A stretch of DNA of 64,000 nt from Octopus vulgaris. Its lineage: Eukaryota. The translations under genes were made by a program, and so were the position numbers. Position 1 is the first letter of the stretch. Each line of letters begins with the position of its first letter. This document shows positions 1 through 11,988 of this stretch, piece after piece. The stretch lies in contig OX597823.1 of NCBI GenBank assembly GCA_951406725.2, forward strand, positions 97,092,001 to 97,156,000, read 5' to 3'. The notes under the pieces were generated by a model, which was given only the letters and a program-made list of their open reading frames with translations, made no database searches and was not told the DNA's origin.

Positions 1-494
1 TCAGTTTCTGCTTTGGCATGGCTTCCACAGCTGGATGCCCTTCCTAATGCCAACCACTTCAGAGAGTGTACTCGGTGCTTTTTATGATGTCACCAGCACC
101 AGTGAAGTTGCCAGGTAGCTTGCAAGACTACAAACCCCAAGGTGGGAGGTAACTTCAACGCTAAGAGAATGAGGAGTAGACAGAGGTGAAGCAGGGGAGA
201 AAAAGGTTGGAGCAGAACAGGTTTTTTGTTGTAGAGGGGTCACATGACCAATTCATACTTTAGAAAAGAGAGTGGGGGTAATTGGATGGAGTTGGAAAGA
301 AATAGAAAATAATGTTGATGGCAATCATCATCATCATTGTTTTATGTTTTTTTATAACTACTTCTTCAGGCTGGCATGGAGGGGTTGAATGGGATTTTTG
401 AAGCAAGTTTTTATAGCCAGGTGTCATGTCCAGGTTTCATGACGTGTGTGGCCTTTGTAAACAAAAAGCTCAGTCAGTGTCATTTGTTTCCTGC

Positions 495-745
495 TCATCG
501 TTTAACGTCGGCTTTCCATGCTAGCATGGGTTGGATGAATGACTGAGGACTGGTGAACCAGATGGCTGCACCAGGCTTCAATCTTGATCTGACAGAGTTT
601 CTACAGCTGGATGCCCTTCCTAACGCCAACCACTCCGAGAGTGTAGTGGGTGCTTTTACGTGCCAGTCCAGCAGTACTGGCAACGACCTTGCTTGAATCT
701 TTTACACATGCCACTGGCACAGGTGCCAGTAAGGCGGTCTGGGCT
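495..745 (-). mobile_element. RTE-type LINE 3'-end-derived repeat
   Basis: tcatcgtttaacgtc...catgctagcatgggttgga...ctggatgcccttcctaacgccaacc. The same family occurs at about 1-110, 3964-4475, 9360-9588 (+), 10468-11220 and 21066-21197. Confidence 0.7.
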
Positions 746-1248
746 ATTTGTTGTTCGATAGACTGCTGGATTGTTACTTTGCATGGAAACAGGTGAGGGT
801 TGGCATCAGGAAGGGTATCTTCCATAGAAAACTTTGCCCCAACACTTCCTTATCTGACCCATGCAAGCATGAGGTATTAGTCAAATTGACAATGATCCCC
901 AATGTTTAGCATTTAACCCTTTAACTGTGAAATTAAATTTCATGTTTATTCCATAATGATTTTACATATCTACCAAAAAATATAATTTTGATTTTCTGCA
1001 AGTCACATTGCCTCATAATAAACTTGACATCTCTCAACAAAAAATAGTTTCAAACATGACATTCTTGAACAAAAGATAAATTGGTATATAAAACTGTTTT
1101 TTGCAATTGAGGGTAAGGAAACTTTTGAGTGGACACATTTGCTTTCTGCAATAAAGAGGATTAATAAAAAACGATGTTAACATTTACTGAGATGTACTTG
1201 CATAGCAAGTGACTTGATCTGAGATCTTGTACTGAAACAAAAACAATT

Positions 1249-1512
1249 GCAGCATGGAAGGTGTTTAAAAGCCATTTAAAAACACACAAAAACTGTTAAA
1301 TTCACTTTAACATTTAAAATTAATTTGCCAAAAATATTTTCACCACTTTGAAACCACTGTTCTCTGACAAAATTCCATGATGAACGGAATTTTGTCCGTA
1401 AACAGGTCACAGTTTCAAAGCGATGAAAATATTTTGGCAGATTAAATTTAAAAAAGTGAATCTAATAGTTTTTGTGTGTTTTTAAATGGCTTATAAACAC
1501 CTTCCACACTGC
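1249..1512. repeat. About 260-bp imperfect palindrome (foldback) in a VTA1 intron
   Basis: ggaaggtgtttaaaagccatttaaaaacacacaaaaact...gacaaaattcc pairs with ggaattttgtc...agtttttgtgtgtttttaaatggcttataaacaccttcc. Confidence 0.85.
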
Positions 1513-1644
1513 AGATTTTAGCATTCAATAAATTAATTTAATTTCATCAAAACTGACTGGGTTAATGATATTATTTGTGGTTATTTTGTATTTCTATGAA
1601 AGGAAGTTTTCTGAAAATTATTGTTTTCTTTCTCTGGTTTTCAG

Positions 1645-1923
1645 AAGATGAGGATAACATTAACTCAGAACCTGTTGTATTTAGTAACGTTATCGAACCA
1701 GGTCCAAGTGGAATCAATCAGAATGCTGCTACTTCTTACCCTGATATGGGTTTAAGTGCAAATGGGCCCTCCCCCAACCAGCAACCAGACAGGTTGCAGA
1801 AACCTCCATCAGGTTCAATGGCCCCACCGACTACTCCACAAGACAGTATCTATGGCAACAATGCTGTTTCCACTGCGGGTGGATCGTTGATGTATACCCC
1901 ATGGAAACCACCAGAAAATCCAG
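1645..1923 (+). CDS. VTA1: VTA1/LIP5 homolog, penultimate coding exon (Pro/Ser-rich linker)
   Basis: Acceptor ttttcag| at 1644 and donor |gtaag at 1924. Phase 1 at both ends, open frame EDEDNINSEPVV...PWKPPENP, splices in frame to the exon at 4530. Confidence 0.85.
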
Positions 1924-2161
1924 GTAAGAATTTTTACAGGGAGGCACAGCTGTGTGATTAAGAAGTTTGTTTTGCAGCCATGTGGCCTTGGGTTCAGTCT
2001 CACTGCACCACAGCTTGGGCAGGTATCTATTACGCAGCCCCAAGCTGACCAAAGCTCTGGGAATTTGGCAGGTGCAAACTGAAAAGAAAGCTGCTCTCTG
2101 TGTGTCTGTGCACGTGTTTTTGTCTCCTTGTCTCCACATTGCTTGATAGTTATTAACAAGT

Positions 2162-2561
2162 AGGCATAGGAGTGGCTGTGTGGTAAGTAGCTTACTTACC
2201 AACCATACGGTTCCAGGTTCAATCCTACTGTGTGGCACCTTGGGCAAGTGTCTTCTACTATAGCCTCGGGCTGACCAAAGGCTTGTGAGTAGATTTGGTA
2301 AATGGAAACTGAAAGAAGCCCGTCGTATATATGTATATATATGTGTGTGTGTGTGTTTGTGTGTCTGTGTTTGTCCCCACCAACATCGCTTGACAACCGA
2401 TGCTGGTGTGTTTATGTCCCTGTCACTTAGCAGTTCGGCAAAAGAGACCGATAGAATAAGTACTAGGCTTACAAAGAATTAGTCCTGGGGTCGATTTCTT
2501 CAACTAAAGGCGGTGCTCCAGTATGGCTGCAGTCAAATGACTGAAACAAGTAAAAGAGTAA
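2162..2561 (+). mobile_element. tRNA-derived SINE with CORE-like domain and internal (TA/TG)n
   Basis: A-box-like gtggctgtgtggtaag, B-box-like ggttcaatcc, CORE-like ccttgggcaagtgtctt, tail gactgaaacaagtaaaagag. Other copies at about 6449-7070, 7085-7262 (-), 22650-23110 (-), 29603-30020, 46040-46200, 47365-47600 (-) and 60080-60535 (-). Confidence 0.85.
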
Positions 2562-3390
2562 GTACCATCATCACACAAGCTGTTCATTGCTTGCAGTCTC
2601 CCATAAGATCTTATCAGACCATGGGGGAGATACCACAGCTTGCTTGGAAATGGATGAGGGTTGGTGACAGAGAGGGCATCAAGCTGGTGAAATCTCCTTC
2701 AGTGAATTCTGTCTGGCCCAAACCATCCACAGTTTAATATATAGAATAACCTCCTGGATATATGTTTGTGTGTAGAATGGACAAAATGTTATTGAAACAT
2801 TGTTTTCTTTTAAATGAAGATATTTTTGAAATTTTTTCAAAATATGAAAGTTGTTATTATATTTTAAAAAGAGATTTGGCTGCTGTTTCTTGCACCCGTA
2901 ACACATTTGTAAATGATTCTTGCAATGTCTACCCACCCAATCTTGCTATTTTGCTCCTTAGGCCCATCCTGATATCTTGACATCAGCATCTTTGTCTCTC
3001 TTTCCAGCCCCTCCCCCTGCCTGGATTACTCTCACCCACTGTTGTTTAATGTGAGGTTGCCATGTATCTCTTCTACAGCACAAAACCTGTTGCAGCCTCT
3101 TCATGTAAAGCTGCTTCCATATCTCCTGTAGCTCCACTCAGCCAATGGAAATCTTAAGTCTTGCATGAAGCATGGCGACCTCATTAGTGCTGGTTTCATG
3201 AGAAAAAGGCTTTCAATACATGCTGTAAAGTGGCATTATTAAGGGCACCCAGCTGTAGAAGCCAAAGCAGACACTAGAGCATGATGTGGGCCTCCTCAGA
3301 TCCTGTGAAATCATCCAAACCACCCCCATATCAGTATGAAAGACAAACATTAACAGATGATGATGATGATGATGTCTGATAATGTGCTTA

Positions 3391-3606
3391 AGAGAGGGTG
3401 CTGAAAGTTCTTGACTTTCAGGGTATCATGAAAAGCCTGATTGGAGGCCCAACCTTCCAAGTTCTTTTACAGGGCTTAGAAAAACTGAAGGACCACTGCA
3501 ATAAGTGTGTGAATCTGAGAAGGGAATCTGTTGAATAAAATCTTAATTGACTGTTCCTCCTGTTTTCTCTTTTACCCCAAACCAGGAACTTTTCAACACC
3601 CCCTCA
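3391..3606 (+). mobile_element. Mariner internal-deletion derivative (MITE)
   Basis: TIR pair gagagggtgctgaaagttcttg / ccaggaacttttcaacaccccctc. Interior encodes the mariner C-terminal remnant FFTGLEKLKDHCNKCVNLRRESVE*. Confidence 0.75.
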
Positions 3607-3639
3607 TATTCATATTTGTGCATCCAGTTTTTTTTTATA

Positions 3640-3930
3640 CACTTCTATATTTCTGAGATGAGGAATTTATTTTATGTACACTGATTGCTTTAGTCGAACT
3701 GGTGTCTTCATGTTGATGTTTTAGGTGTGTACACTCCAGCCTTGTTCAGGTATGTTGTGATTCACCTCAGTGCTTTGTATGAGATTGAACTCAGAACCTC
3801 TAGGTTACTGCGCTGCATTAACCAATGCCTTTATCTGCTATGCTATGTCCATAGCATAGCATAGTGGATAATCACAAGACACTTGAAGATGGCTGGAGTG
3901 TACACCACCTGAAATGTGGTGAAATCAACA
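3640..3930. mobile_element. Degenerate inverted pair of Penelope-like LTR remnants
   Basis: tgtacactccagccttgttcagg...gtgatt (about 3728-3762) mirrors aatcacaagacacttgaagatggctggagtgtaca (about 3871-3905). The latter resembles a decayed hammerhead-like TGAAGA-GGCTGG...CCA-CTGAAA. Confidence 0.4.
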
Positions 3931-4529
3931 ATCTCTTTCTTTTGTTTTTTGTTGTTGTACTGTCATCATCATCGTTTAACGTCCGCTTTCCATGCTAGCA
4001 TGGGTTGGACGATTTGACTGAGGGCTGGTGAACCAGATGACTGCACCAAGCTCCAATCTGATCTGGCAGAGTTTCTATAGCTGGATGCCTTTCCTAATGC
4101 CAACCACTCCAAGAGTGTAGTGGGTGCTTTTATGTGCCAGTCAGGTGGTACTGGCAACGGCCACGCTCGAATGGTGTTTTTTTACATGCCACATGCACAG
4201 GAGCTAGTCCATCGGCACTGGCAACAACCTTACTTGAATGTTTTTACACATGCCACCGGCACAAGTACCAGTAAGGTGATGCTGGTAACGATCATGCTCA
4301 AATGGTGCTTTTTATGTGCCACCGGCGCGGAAGCCAGTTTGCTTCTCTGGCAACATTCACGCTCGGATGGTGCTCTTAGCGCTCCCCTAGCACAGATGCC
4401 AGTCATCGAATTTGATTTCAATTTCGATTTCCCTTGCCTCAACAGGTCTTTGCAAGCAGAATTTAGTGTCCAGTGATGTACCCTTCATCATATATTGTTA
4501 ATGGTTTTTTTTTTTTTTTCATATTTCAG

Positions 4530-4678
4530 CTGGTGTGACTCTTACCACCCAAGATTACCAAAAAGCCATGAAACTATGCAAGTTTGCCAGCAGTGCTCTA
4601 CAATATGAAGATTCTAAGACAGCTATTGAGAATCTGCAGAAAGCTTTAACTTTGTTGACCACTGGACAACAACCTTAA
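4530..4678 (+). CDS. VTA1: VTA1/LIP5 homolog, terminal coding exon (VSL/Vta1_C domain)
   Basis: Poly-T acceptor atttcag| at 4529. Translates AGVTLTTQDYQKAMKLCKFASSALQYEDSKTAIENLQKALTLLTTGQQP* (TAA 4676-4678), matching the Vta1 C-terminal motif (A-K-CK-A-SALQYED-TA--NLQKAL-LLTTG). Confidence 0.95.
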
Positions 4679-5090
4679 CCCTGTCCACAAATTTATGATC
4701 ATACTCAAGATAACAACGACAACAACAATATATTATTATTATTATTATCACCATTATTATTATTATCATTTTTATTATTATTATTATATCATGAAAAATT
4801 GCAGCTTTATTTTGCTAGGTTTTATGAAAAGTGTCAGCTGTCCACAGTCAGCAGACTAAGGTGGCACTTGTTTTACTGATCATGCTTATTATTATTATTG
4901 TTGTTGTTGTTGTTATTATTATAAATTAACATTATTGTTATTTATGGCAAAAAATATTTGTTAACATTTTTATTATTTATGTTATATTATTTATTATTAT
5001 AAAGAAAACATAAAAAATTATCATTATTATTATTATCATTTTTTTTATCATCATCATCATCATACTCCTCCTCCACATCATTATTATTAC

Positions 5091-5123
<33 letters not shown>

Positions 5124-5330
5124 GGATTGGCAGAATTGAAATGTGTTAGAGAAAATGCCTTGTGGTATGTAAATATGGTTCTTTATGCCAAGGTAGACTT
5201 TGCCTTTCATCCTTCTGGGCTCGTTAAAATACTGTTGCAGTGAAGTACTGCGGTCAATTTAATTGACTAACCATCTCACCCCTAAACATCAGGACTTATA
5301 CCTGTATTAGAAATAATAATTATAATAACA

Positions 5331-5367
<37 letters not shown>

Positions 5368-5368
<1 letters not shown>

Positions 5369-5581
5369 GGCAGCGAGTTGGCCGAATCATTAGTACGCTG
5401 GACGAAATGTTTAGCAGTATTTCACCCATCACTACATCCTGAGTTCAAATTCCGCCAAGGTCGACTTTTCTTTTCATCCTTTCAGGGTTGATAAATTGAG
5501 TACCAGTGAAATACTGGGGGTCGATATAATCGACTAACCCACTTCCTCCAAATTTCAGGCCTTGTGCCTATAATAGAAGGG

Positions 5582-5628
<47 letters not shown>

Positions 5629-5842
5629 GGTGGCCAGCTGGCAGACTCATTAGCGTGCTAGACAAACTGCTTAGTGGTATTTCACCCGTTGCTATGTTCT
5701 GAGTTCAAATTCTGCTGAGGTCAACTTTGCCTTTCATCCTTTCGGGGTCAATAAAGCAAGTACCAGTAAAACACTGGGGTCAATGTAATTAACTTATCCC
5801 CTCCCACAAAATTGCTGCACTTTTTGTCAAAATTTGAAACCA
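5368..5842 (+). mobile_element. Two tRNA-derived Meta-type SINEs, each inserted in (TTA)n
   Basis: Head ggc(a/g)gcgag-tggc, B box gagttcaaattc, central gcctttcatcctttcggggtcgataaa...agtacc (MetaSINE-like domain). The family recurs at about 6607, 12022, 15722, 18613, 32400 (-), 36437, 38499, 38986, 59630 (-) and 61705-62529 (-). Confidence 0.85.
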
Positions 5843-6448
5843 TTATTAATATTATTATTATTATTATTATTTTTATTATTTTTATTATTATTATATCATT
5901 TTATTTCTAAGCTTTTGTTGTGTAGTTCTTTGTGTCCAAAATTAATGCTGCCAGTTCTAACAGTTTCCCTATACTCTAGGTTCTTATACAGGGTGGGTCA
6001 AAAGCCTTGCTACCATTAAAGAAAAAAATAGATAAAGCATTTTGCCATTTACTTATTTAAGCCATTGGACTGTGGTCATGCTGGGGCACCACTTTGAAGG
6101 CTTTAGTCAAACAAATCAACCCCAGTATTTGTTTTTAAGTCTCTTTTACTGGATCACTAGGTAACCAGAATGTAAACAAACCATCATTGGTTGTCAAGCA
6201 GTGAGTAGGGTGATAAACACAAAGGCACACACACACACATATTAAAAAACTGGCACTCCACCGGTTACACCAATGAGTGTTCTAGTTGATCTGATCCACA
6301 AAACAGCCTATATATATATTTATATGGTGCTACAGCATGGCTGCAGTTATATGACTGAATCAAGTAAAGAAGTAAAAGAGTATACATACATACATACATA
6401 TACATATATATATATATATATATAATGTATGTATGTATGTATGTATGT

Positions 6449-7070
6449 AGGTGCAGGAGTGGCTGTGTGGTAAGAAGCTTGCTTTCTAACTACATGGTTC
6501 TGGGTTCAGTCCCACTGTGTGGCACCTTGGGCAAGTGTCTTCTACTATAGCCTCAGGCCAACCAAAGCCTTGTGAGTGGATTTGGTAGACAGAAACTGAA
6601 AGAAGCAGTGAGCTGGCAGAAACATTAGCACGCCAGACGAAATGCTTAGCGGTATTTTGTCTGCTGTTATGTTCTGAGTTCAAATTCCGCTGAGGTCGCC
6701 TTTGCCCTTCATCCTTTCGGGGTTGATTAAATAAGTACCAGTTACGCACTGGGATTGATATAATTGACTTAATCTGTTTGTCTGTCCTTGTTTGTCCCCT
6801 CTGTGTGTAGCCCTTTGTGGGCAGTAAAGAAATAAGGAACTGAAAGAAGCCCGTCATATATATATGTGTAAGTGTGTGTAAGTATGTGTATATGTATGTA
6901 TTTGTGTATCTGTGTTTGTTTACATCCTTATAACTTAGTGGTTCAGCAATAGAGACTGATAGAGTAAATACTAAGCTTACAGAGAATAAGTCCTGGGGTC
7001 AATTTTGTTCGACTAAAGGCAGTGCTCCAGCATGGCTGCTGTCAAATAACTGAAACAAGTAAAAGAATAT
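6449..7070 (+). mobile_element. CORE-like SINE interrupted by a Meta-type SINE (about 6607-6836)
   Basis: The 13-bp TSD aactgaaagaagc flanks the inner SINE, and the outer element resumes afterwards with ccgtc. Confidence 0.85.
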
Positions 7071-8949
7071 ATATATACTCATACACGTATATATATATAT
7101 CACAAAGTTCTACAGTTTCTGTCTCCCAGATTCACTCACAAGGCATTGGTTGGCCCAGGAATCTATCTTAGAGGACACTTGCCCTTGATCAAGGTGCTGT
7201 GCAGTGGGACTGAACCCGAGATCACATGGTTGCAAAGCCCACTTCTTAACCACCGAGCCATTAAATGATAGCATGACTTCAAGCCAGCCCTGTACAAAAC
7301 ATTGCTGCGAACCATTTATAGTTCTCCACACAACCCACCAGGACAGAAAGTTGCTACTATTTGAACAATTAATAAGGTTCTTTTTTTTTCATAGTGTTCA
7401 ATAAAATTTATTGCCAATCTATATTTTCAAGGTGGTGGTGGGGATAGTGTGAGGTTGGGTTAGGCAGTGTGTCTTGGGTTGCAGGATCAATTCTGATTCC
7501 AGTCCAAAATTTCAATCAACTGTTTTTATCTATATTTTTCTGTGTTTGTGTGTGTGTGTGTGTGTGCGCGCACGCATGTGCGTGTGTATGTGTGTGTATG
7601 CATATGTACATGGATGTGTGTTTGTGTATGGGTGTGTGTGTTTTAGTCTTTTCTGCTATATGCTTTATGGTAATGTCAATGTGAAGACCCTTTCCTACAC
7701 TTTGCTCCCTCTTGTCCCTCTCCTTCTGACCCTCCCTGCTCAAGTGCCCCCCACTCCCCTCCAAAATTTTGTGGCCTTGCATTCAGTGATAATTCTCTCC
7801 ATTTTGTTTGTTCTATTTTCTATGTAAACCTAATGGTTTCCCTGGCAACCCCACCTCCCACCACATCCTTACATCTGCCCACATAACAAGTATCTCAAAT
7901 CTTGTTCAAAAATGCTAAACTCTTTTGCTTGACCATTCTGTTTGCTTATTCCACTGAAATTAGCAAAAACTTCAATGTAAAAAAAAAAAAACATAAAAAG
8001 AAACAAAAAAAAAACAAACAAACAGAAGTCTCCCCATGCCATCTCCTTCAGAAGCTAAAAGAAACAGCTTTTCCTCCATTTTTTTTTTAAAAAGCCAGTG
8101 GAAACAAAGTAATTAAAGTTTGATTACTATTTAATTAAGCTGATGTGGTTCATCATTTCTTTGTGTATTTGTGTTTGTGTGTATCTGTATGTGCTCAAGC
8201 ATGGCCAGATTTTTAAGAAGTTTGTTTTGCAGTCTCAAGGTCCCTGGATTTAATCCTTTTTTTTTACAATACCCTTGAGCAAGTTTCTTCTCTCACAGGC
8301 TCTAGTAGGACCGAAGCCTTTGAGAGTTTGAGTAGGAAGCGATGGAAAGTGCACAGAAATATGGATGATGGACAGTCATTCAGAAGTCCAACCTTGTTAC
8401 CCTGGTTTTGAGGATTACATTAAGAGTACTGGTACCTGTGGAATACTCAGCCACATGTTAGTCTGCATTACTCCCTAAGGAGCTTAGGGCCAGTTTCCTA
8501 GTTTCTCTGGGGTATATATTCCTTTCTGGATGGGATACTCATTTTCACCTTGAGTGGACTGGAGCAACACGAAATGAAGTGTCTTGCTCAAGCAGGCAAT
8601 GCATCACCCAGTCCAGGAATTGAAACTACAATCTTACACTCATGAGTCCAACACCCTAACCCTTAAGCCACGCATCTCCACTCAACCACATAGAATGATT
8701 AAATGAATAGGTCTTTCCATATGTTCAGGATCATAATTATTCTCATTGTTAACACCATTTTACACCCATTTCCCCATGCTAGAACGGACAGGACAAGTCT
8801 TCTCCTGTTGCAGTCATTCACCATCTATCAGATCCTGAGATCTATTCTTACCACGTCTTTTCTGTTCTATATCTTGCTTTGTCTTCTTTTGAATCTACCT
8901 TCAGCTTTGATTACTTGGCATTTGTTTAACCAGTTTTCATCCTCTACAC

Positions 8950-9250
8950 CAGGGGTTCCCAACCGGGGTCCACAGAAGTTTTAAAGGGGTCCACAAGTAA
9001 AAAAATTGTAATTTGTGGGTCCATATATTAATTTTGTTTACTAGGAGAGGTACACCTGTATATTTTGAAATTTTCAAGATTTGAATTTGGAATTTATGTT
9101 ATGAATATAACGAAATTGTTTCATTGTTAGTTTTTACTAACCTACAAACAAGTATTTTATTTCAAAAATTTACATGTACATATATGGGGTCCAGAGATGA
9201 TAAGCTGGCTCTCAGGGGGTCCACAAGCAAAATAAGGTTGGGAACCCCTC
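8950..9250. mobile_element. hAT-type MITE
   Basis: TIRs caggggttcccaacc / ggttgggaacccct with an 8-bp TSD ctctacac/ttctacac. Confidence 0.85.
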
Positions 9251-10467
9251 TTCTACACCTACCAACACTGTCTCCCTTCTTACTACAATTGGTCCCTCAT
9301 ATACCCGTTTTATTTCCGTATACATCACATGTCTACTAACCCTTTAGCATTCAGATAGACCACACTCGAAGCACCATTCAAGCATGGCCGATGCCAGTAC
9401 CACCTGACTGGCCCTCATGCCGGTGGCATGTAAAAAGCACCCACTACACTCTGTGAATGGTTGGCGTTAGGAAGGGCATCCAGCTGTAGAAACATTGCCA
9501 GATCGGATTGGAGCCTGGTGCAGCCTTCAAACCGTCCAACCCATGCCAGCATGGAAAGCAGACGTTAAATGACGATGATGATGATGATTATTCTGCCAAT
9601 TGTAATCCTTATTTATTCACACTGCCTTGAATTAATCATCGATTGTCTGATGGCTTTGAAATTTCAATGATGTTATTGCTTATCTTTAGAATCATCTCAT
9701 CGTATTCTCTTCCTAATCAGGAACTCTTTCTCTTACTTTTATAACCTTGCCCATCAATTTGATGCCTTTGTAACTGCAGTTGCTTCTTTCTAGAACAGTC
9801 CCATCAAAGTGGATGGTACTGCCCAGCCCCTGGGTGGGGAAGGAAACAAAGCCATATATAGCTTTAAGTAGAAAGCCAGTGAACAACTAAGAAATGTCCT
9901 GCTGAGTGTAACAGAAGACAAGCAGTCAATTGATTGATTTGTTAGAGCATTGGATAGAGTCCTTTGTGAAATTTCTGATGAGTCTCTGTAATCTGAGATC
10001 AAATCCCAATAAGGTTTTGCTTTTCATCTTTTGAGGTTTGATAAAGAGGTACAATAATCCAGGTAGGGGATCAACAGAAGTGTAAAAAAGTTGGATCAAA
10101 TACCATGTGGTGTTTGTTCCAGTTGTTTATGTTCTGAGTCAAATTCCACCTTAGTTCACCTGAAACACACTTGCTAACCTGGAGGCCTAGTAAAGTGACA
10201 AGTAGACGCTAGACAGAGATGAGAGAAGGAGTCTCTTGGCTGCAAGGACATGAAATTTGGTGAATAACAGAATAGCAAACTTATGAATAACTTGTTTTCC
10301 AAGATATTCAAACATTAGAATGAATGTTTTGAAACCTTAAATTATATTTATAAAAACCTCTGACATATCAACTCAGACAGCCCTTGTCACATTGTTTGAG
10401 AAGGTGGTGATACAGTCTGGCCATGGCCCAAACAAGTAAAACAGTAAACAAATTAAAGAATTATATA

Positions 10468-11220
10468 TCATCATCATTGTTTAATGTCCATTTTCCATGC
10501 TAGCATGGGTTGGACGGTTTGCACCAAGCTCCAGTTTGATCTGGCAATGTTTCTACAGCTGGATGCCCTTCCTAATGACAACCACTCTGAGAGTGTAGTG
10601 GGTGCTTTTTATGTTCCACTGGCACAGGAACCAATCAGGCGGGCTTAGCATTGATCATGTTCAGATAGTGCTTTTTACGTGCCAGTGGCACGGAAGCCAG
10701 TCAGTGGGTACTGGCATCGACCACATTTGGATGGTACTTTTTATGTGCCACTGGCACAGGAGCCAATTGGGTGGACTTGGCATCAACCACACTCGGATGG
10801 TGCTTTTTACGTGCTACCAGCACGGAAGCCAGTCAGGGAACATTAGCATTGACCACATTCAGATGATACATTTTATATGCAACGGGAGCGGGAGCCAGTC
10901 AGGGGGCACTGGTCACAGCTACGATTTTGGTTTTACTTAACAGGTCTTAAGCATATCATATCGCCCGACACATCAGGGGTACTCTTAAATGGGCTGAATA
11001 TGCAGCACTGGCATCAGCTATGGCTGCAATCTCACTTTAGTTTCCGGGTCTTCTCAATCACAGCATATCTCCAAAGGTCTCACTCTCTTGTCATTGCCTC
11101 TGTGAGGCCCAATGTTCAAAGGTCATGCTTCACCACCACATCCCATGTCTTCCTGGGTCTACCTCTTCCACAGCGTCCTTCCACAGTTAGGGAGTGGCAC
11201 TTTCTCACACAGCTGTTCCC
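10468..11220 (-). mobile_element. RTE-clade LINE 3' fragment (ORF C-terminus plus 3'UTR with 66-bp tandem units)
   Basis: Peptide CVRKCHSLTVEGRCGRGRPRKTWDVVVKHDL carries the RTE G-R-RGRP-TW motif. It has a (GAT)n tail and five 66-bp repeats at 10602-10930. Confidence 0.8.
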
Positions 11221-11699
11221 GTATTCTTTTAAATTTTCCTTTAAAGTTGATGTAGGGAGAGAAGCGTCTACGATCTTTGGAGGTGCTCCTAAACTGGTGA
11301 GGTTGATGTCAAGTCTGAACACAAACAGGTCAGAAGTAGAATAATGAAAGCAAAGAGAAATAAAGAAAGCTTCTAACAGAGCAGAAAGCTTAAAAAAACC
11401 ATTTATATTTTGAGTGCAAAGGTCTATCTTTAGAAGAATATAGTCAAGGAAATGTGCAAGCAACAGGGTCAGTATTAATACTGAGAGATAATATTGATCC
11501 CCACTTAAACCTGGATGTCCTGTTAGAACAAACTATACTGTGGTGGATAGCATAAGATACAAGCAAGTGTGCATTTGGCCCCAAAAGCCAGTTTAAGAGT
11601 TTCTCTTAGGGTATCTACTGCAGTATAGTTTGTTCTAACAAAACAGCTGCATTTAAACAGGGATAAATATTACCGCAAAGAAATATGTGTTTACATGTT

Positions 11700-11988
11700 T
11701 GTTCCTTCTTGAACCACGCCTGGCTCATAAGGGCCGGTTTTCTTTGGCGTATAGGTTCTCCACCTGGATGGGACACCGGTCTATCGCAGGTGAGCTGCAA
11801 GATGCAGGAGGAAAGAGTGAGAGAAAGTTGTGGTGAAAGAGTCAGCAGAAATTCGCCATTACCTTCTGCCGGAGCCGCGTGGAGCTTAGGTGTTGCGCTC
11901 ATAAACACACACATCACCTGGGCTGAGATTTAAACCTGCATCCCTAGAGCACAAGTCCACTGCTCTAACCACTAGGCTATGTGCCTTC
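11700..11988 (-). mobile_element. tRNA-derived SINE, third family
   Basis: Reverse complement of the copy at 58911-59215 (head ggcacatggcctagtggttagagcagcggac). A further partial copy lies at about 50470-50650. Confidence 0.8.

Noticed and set aside
1575-1961. 128-aa ORF as a standalone gene
   Set aside because: It is a VTA1 internal exon extended into intron sequence at both ends.
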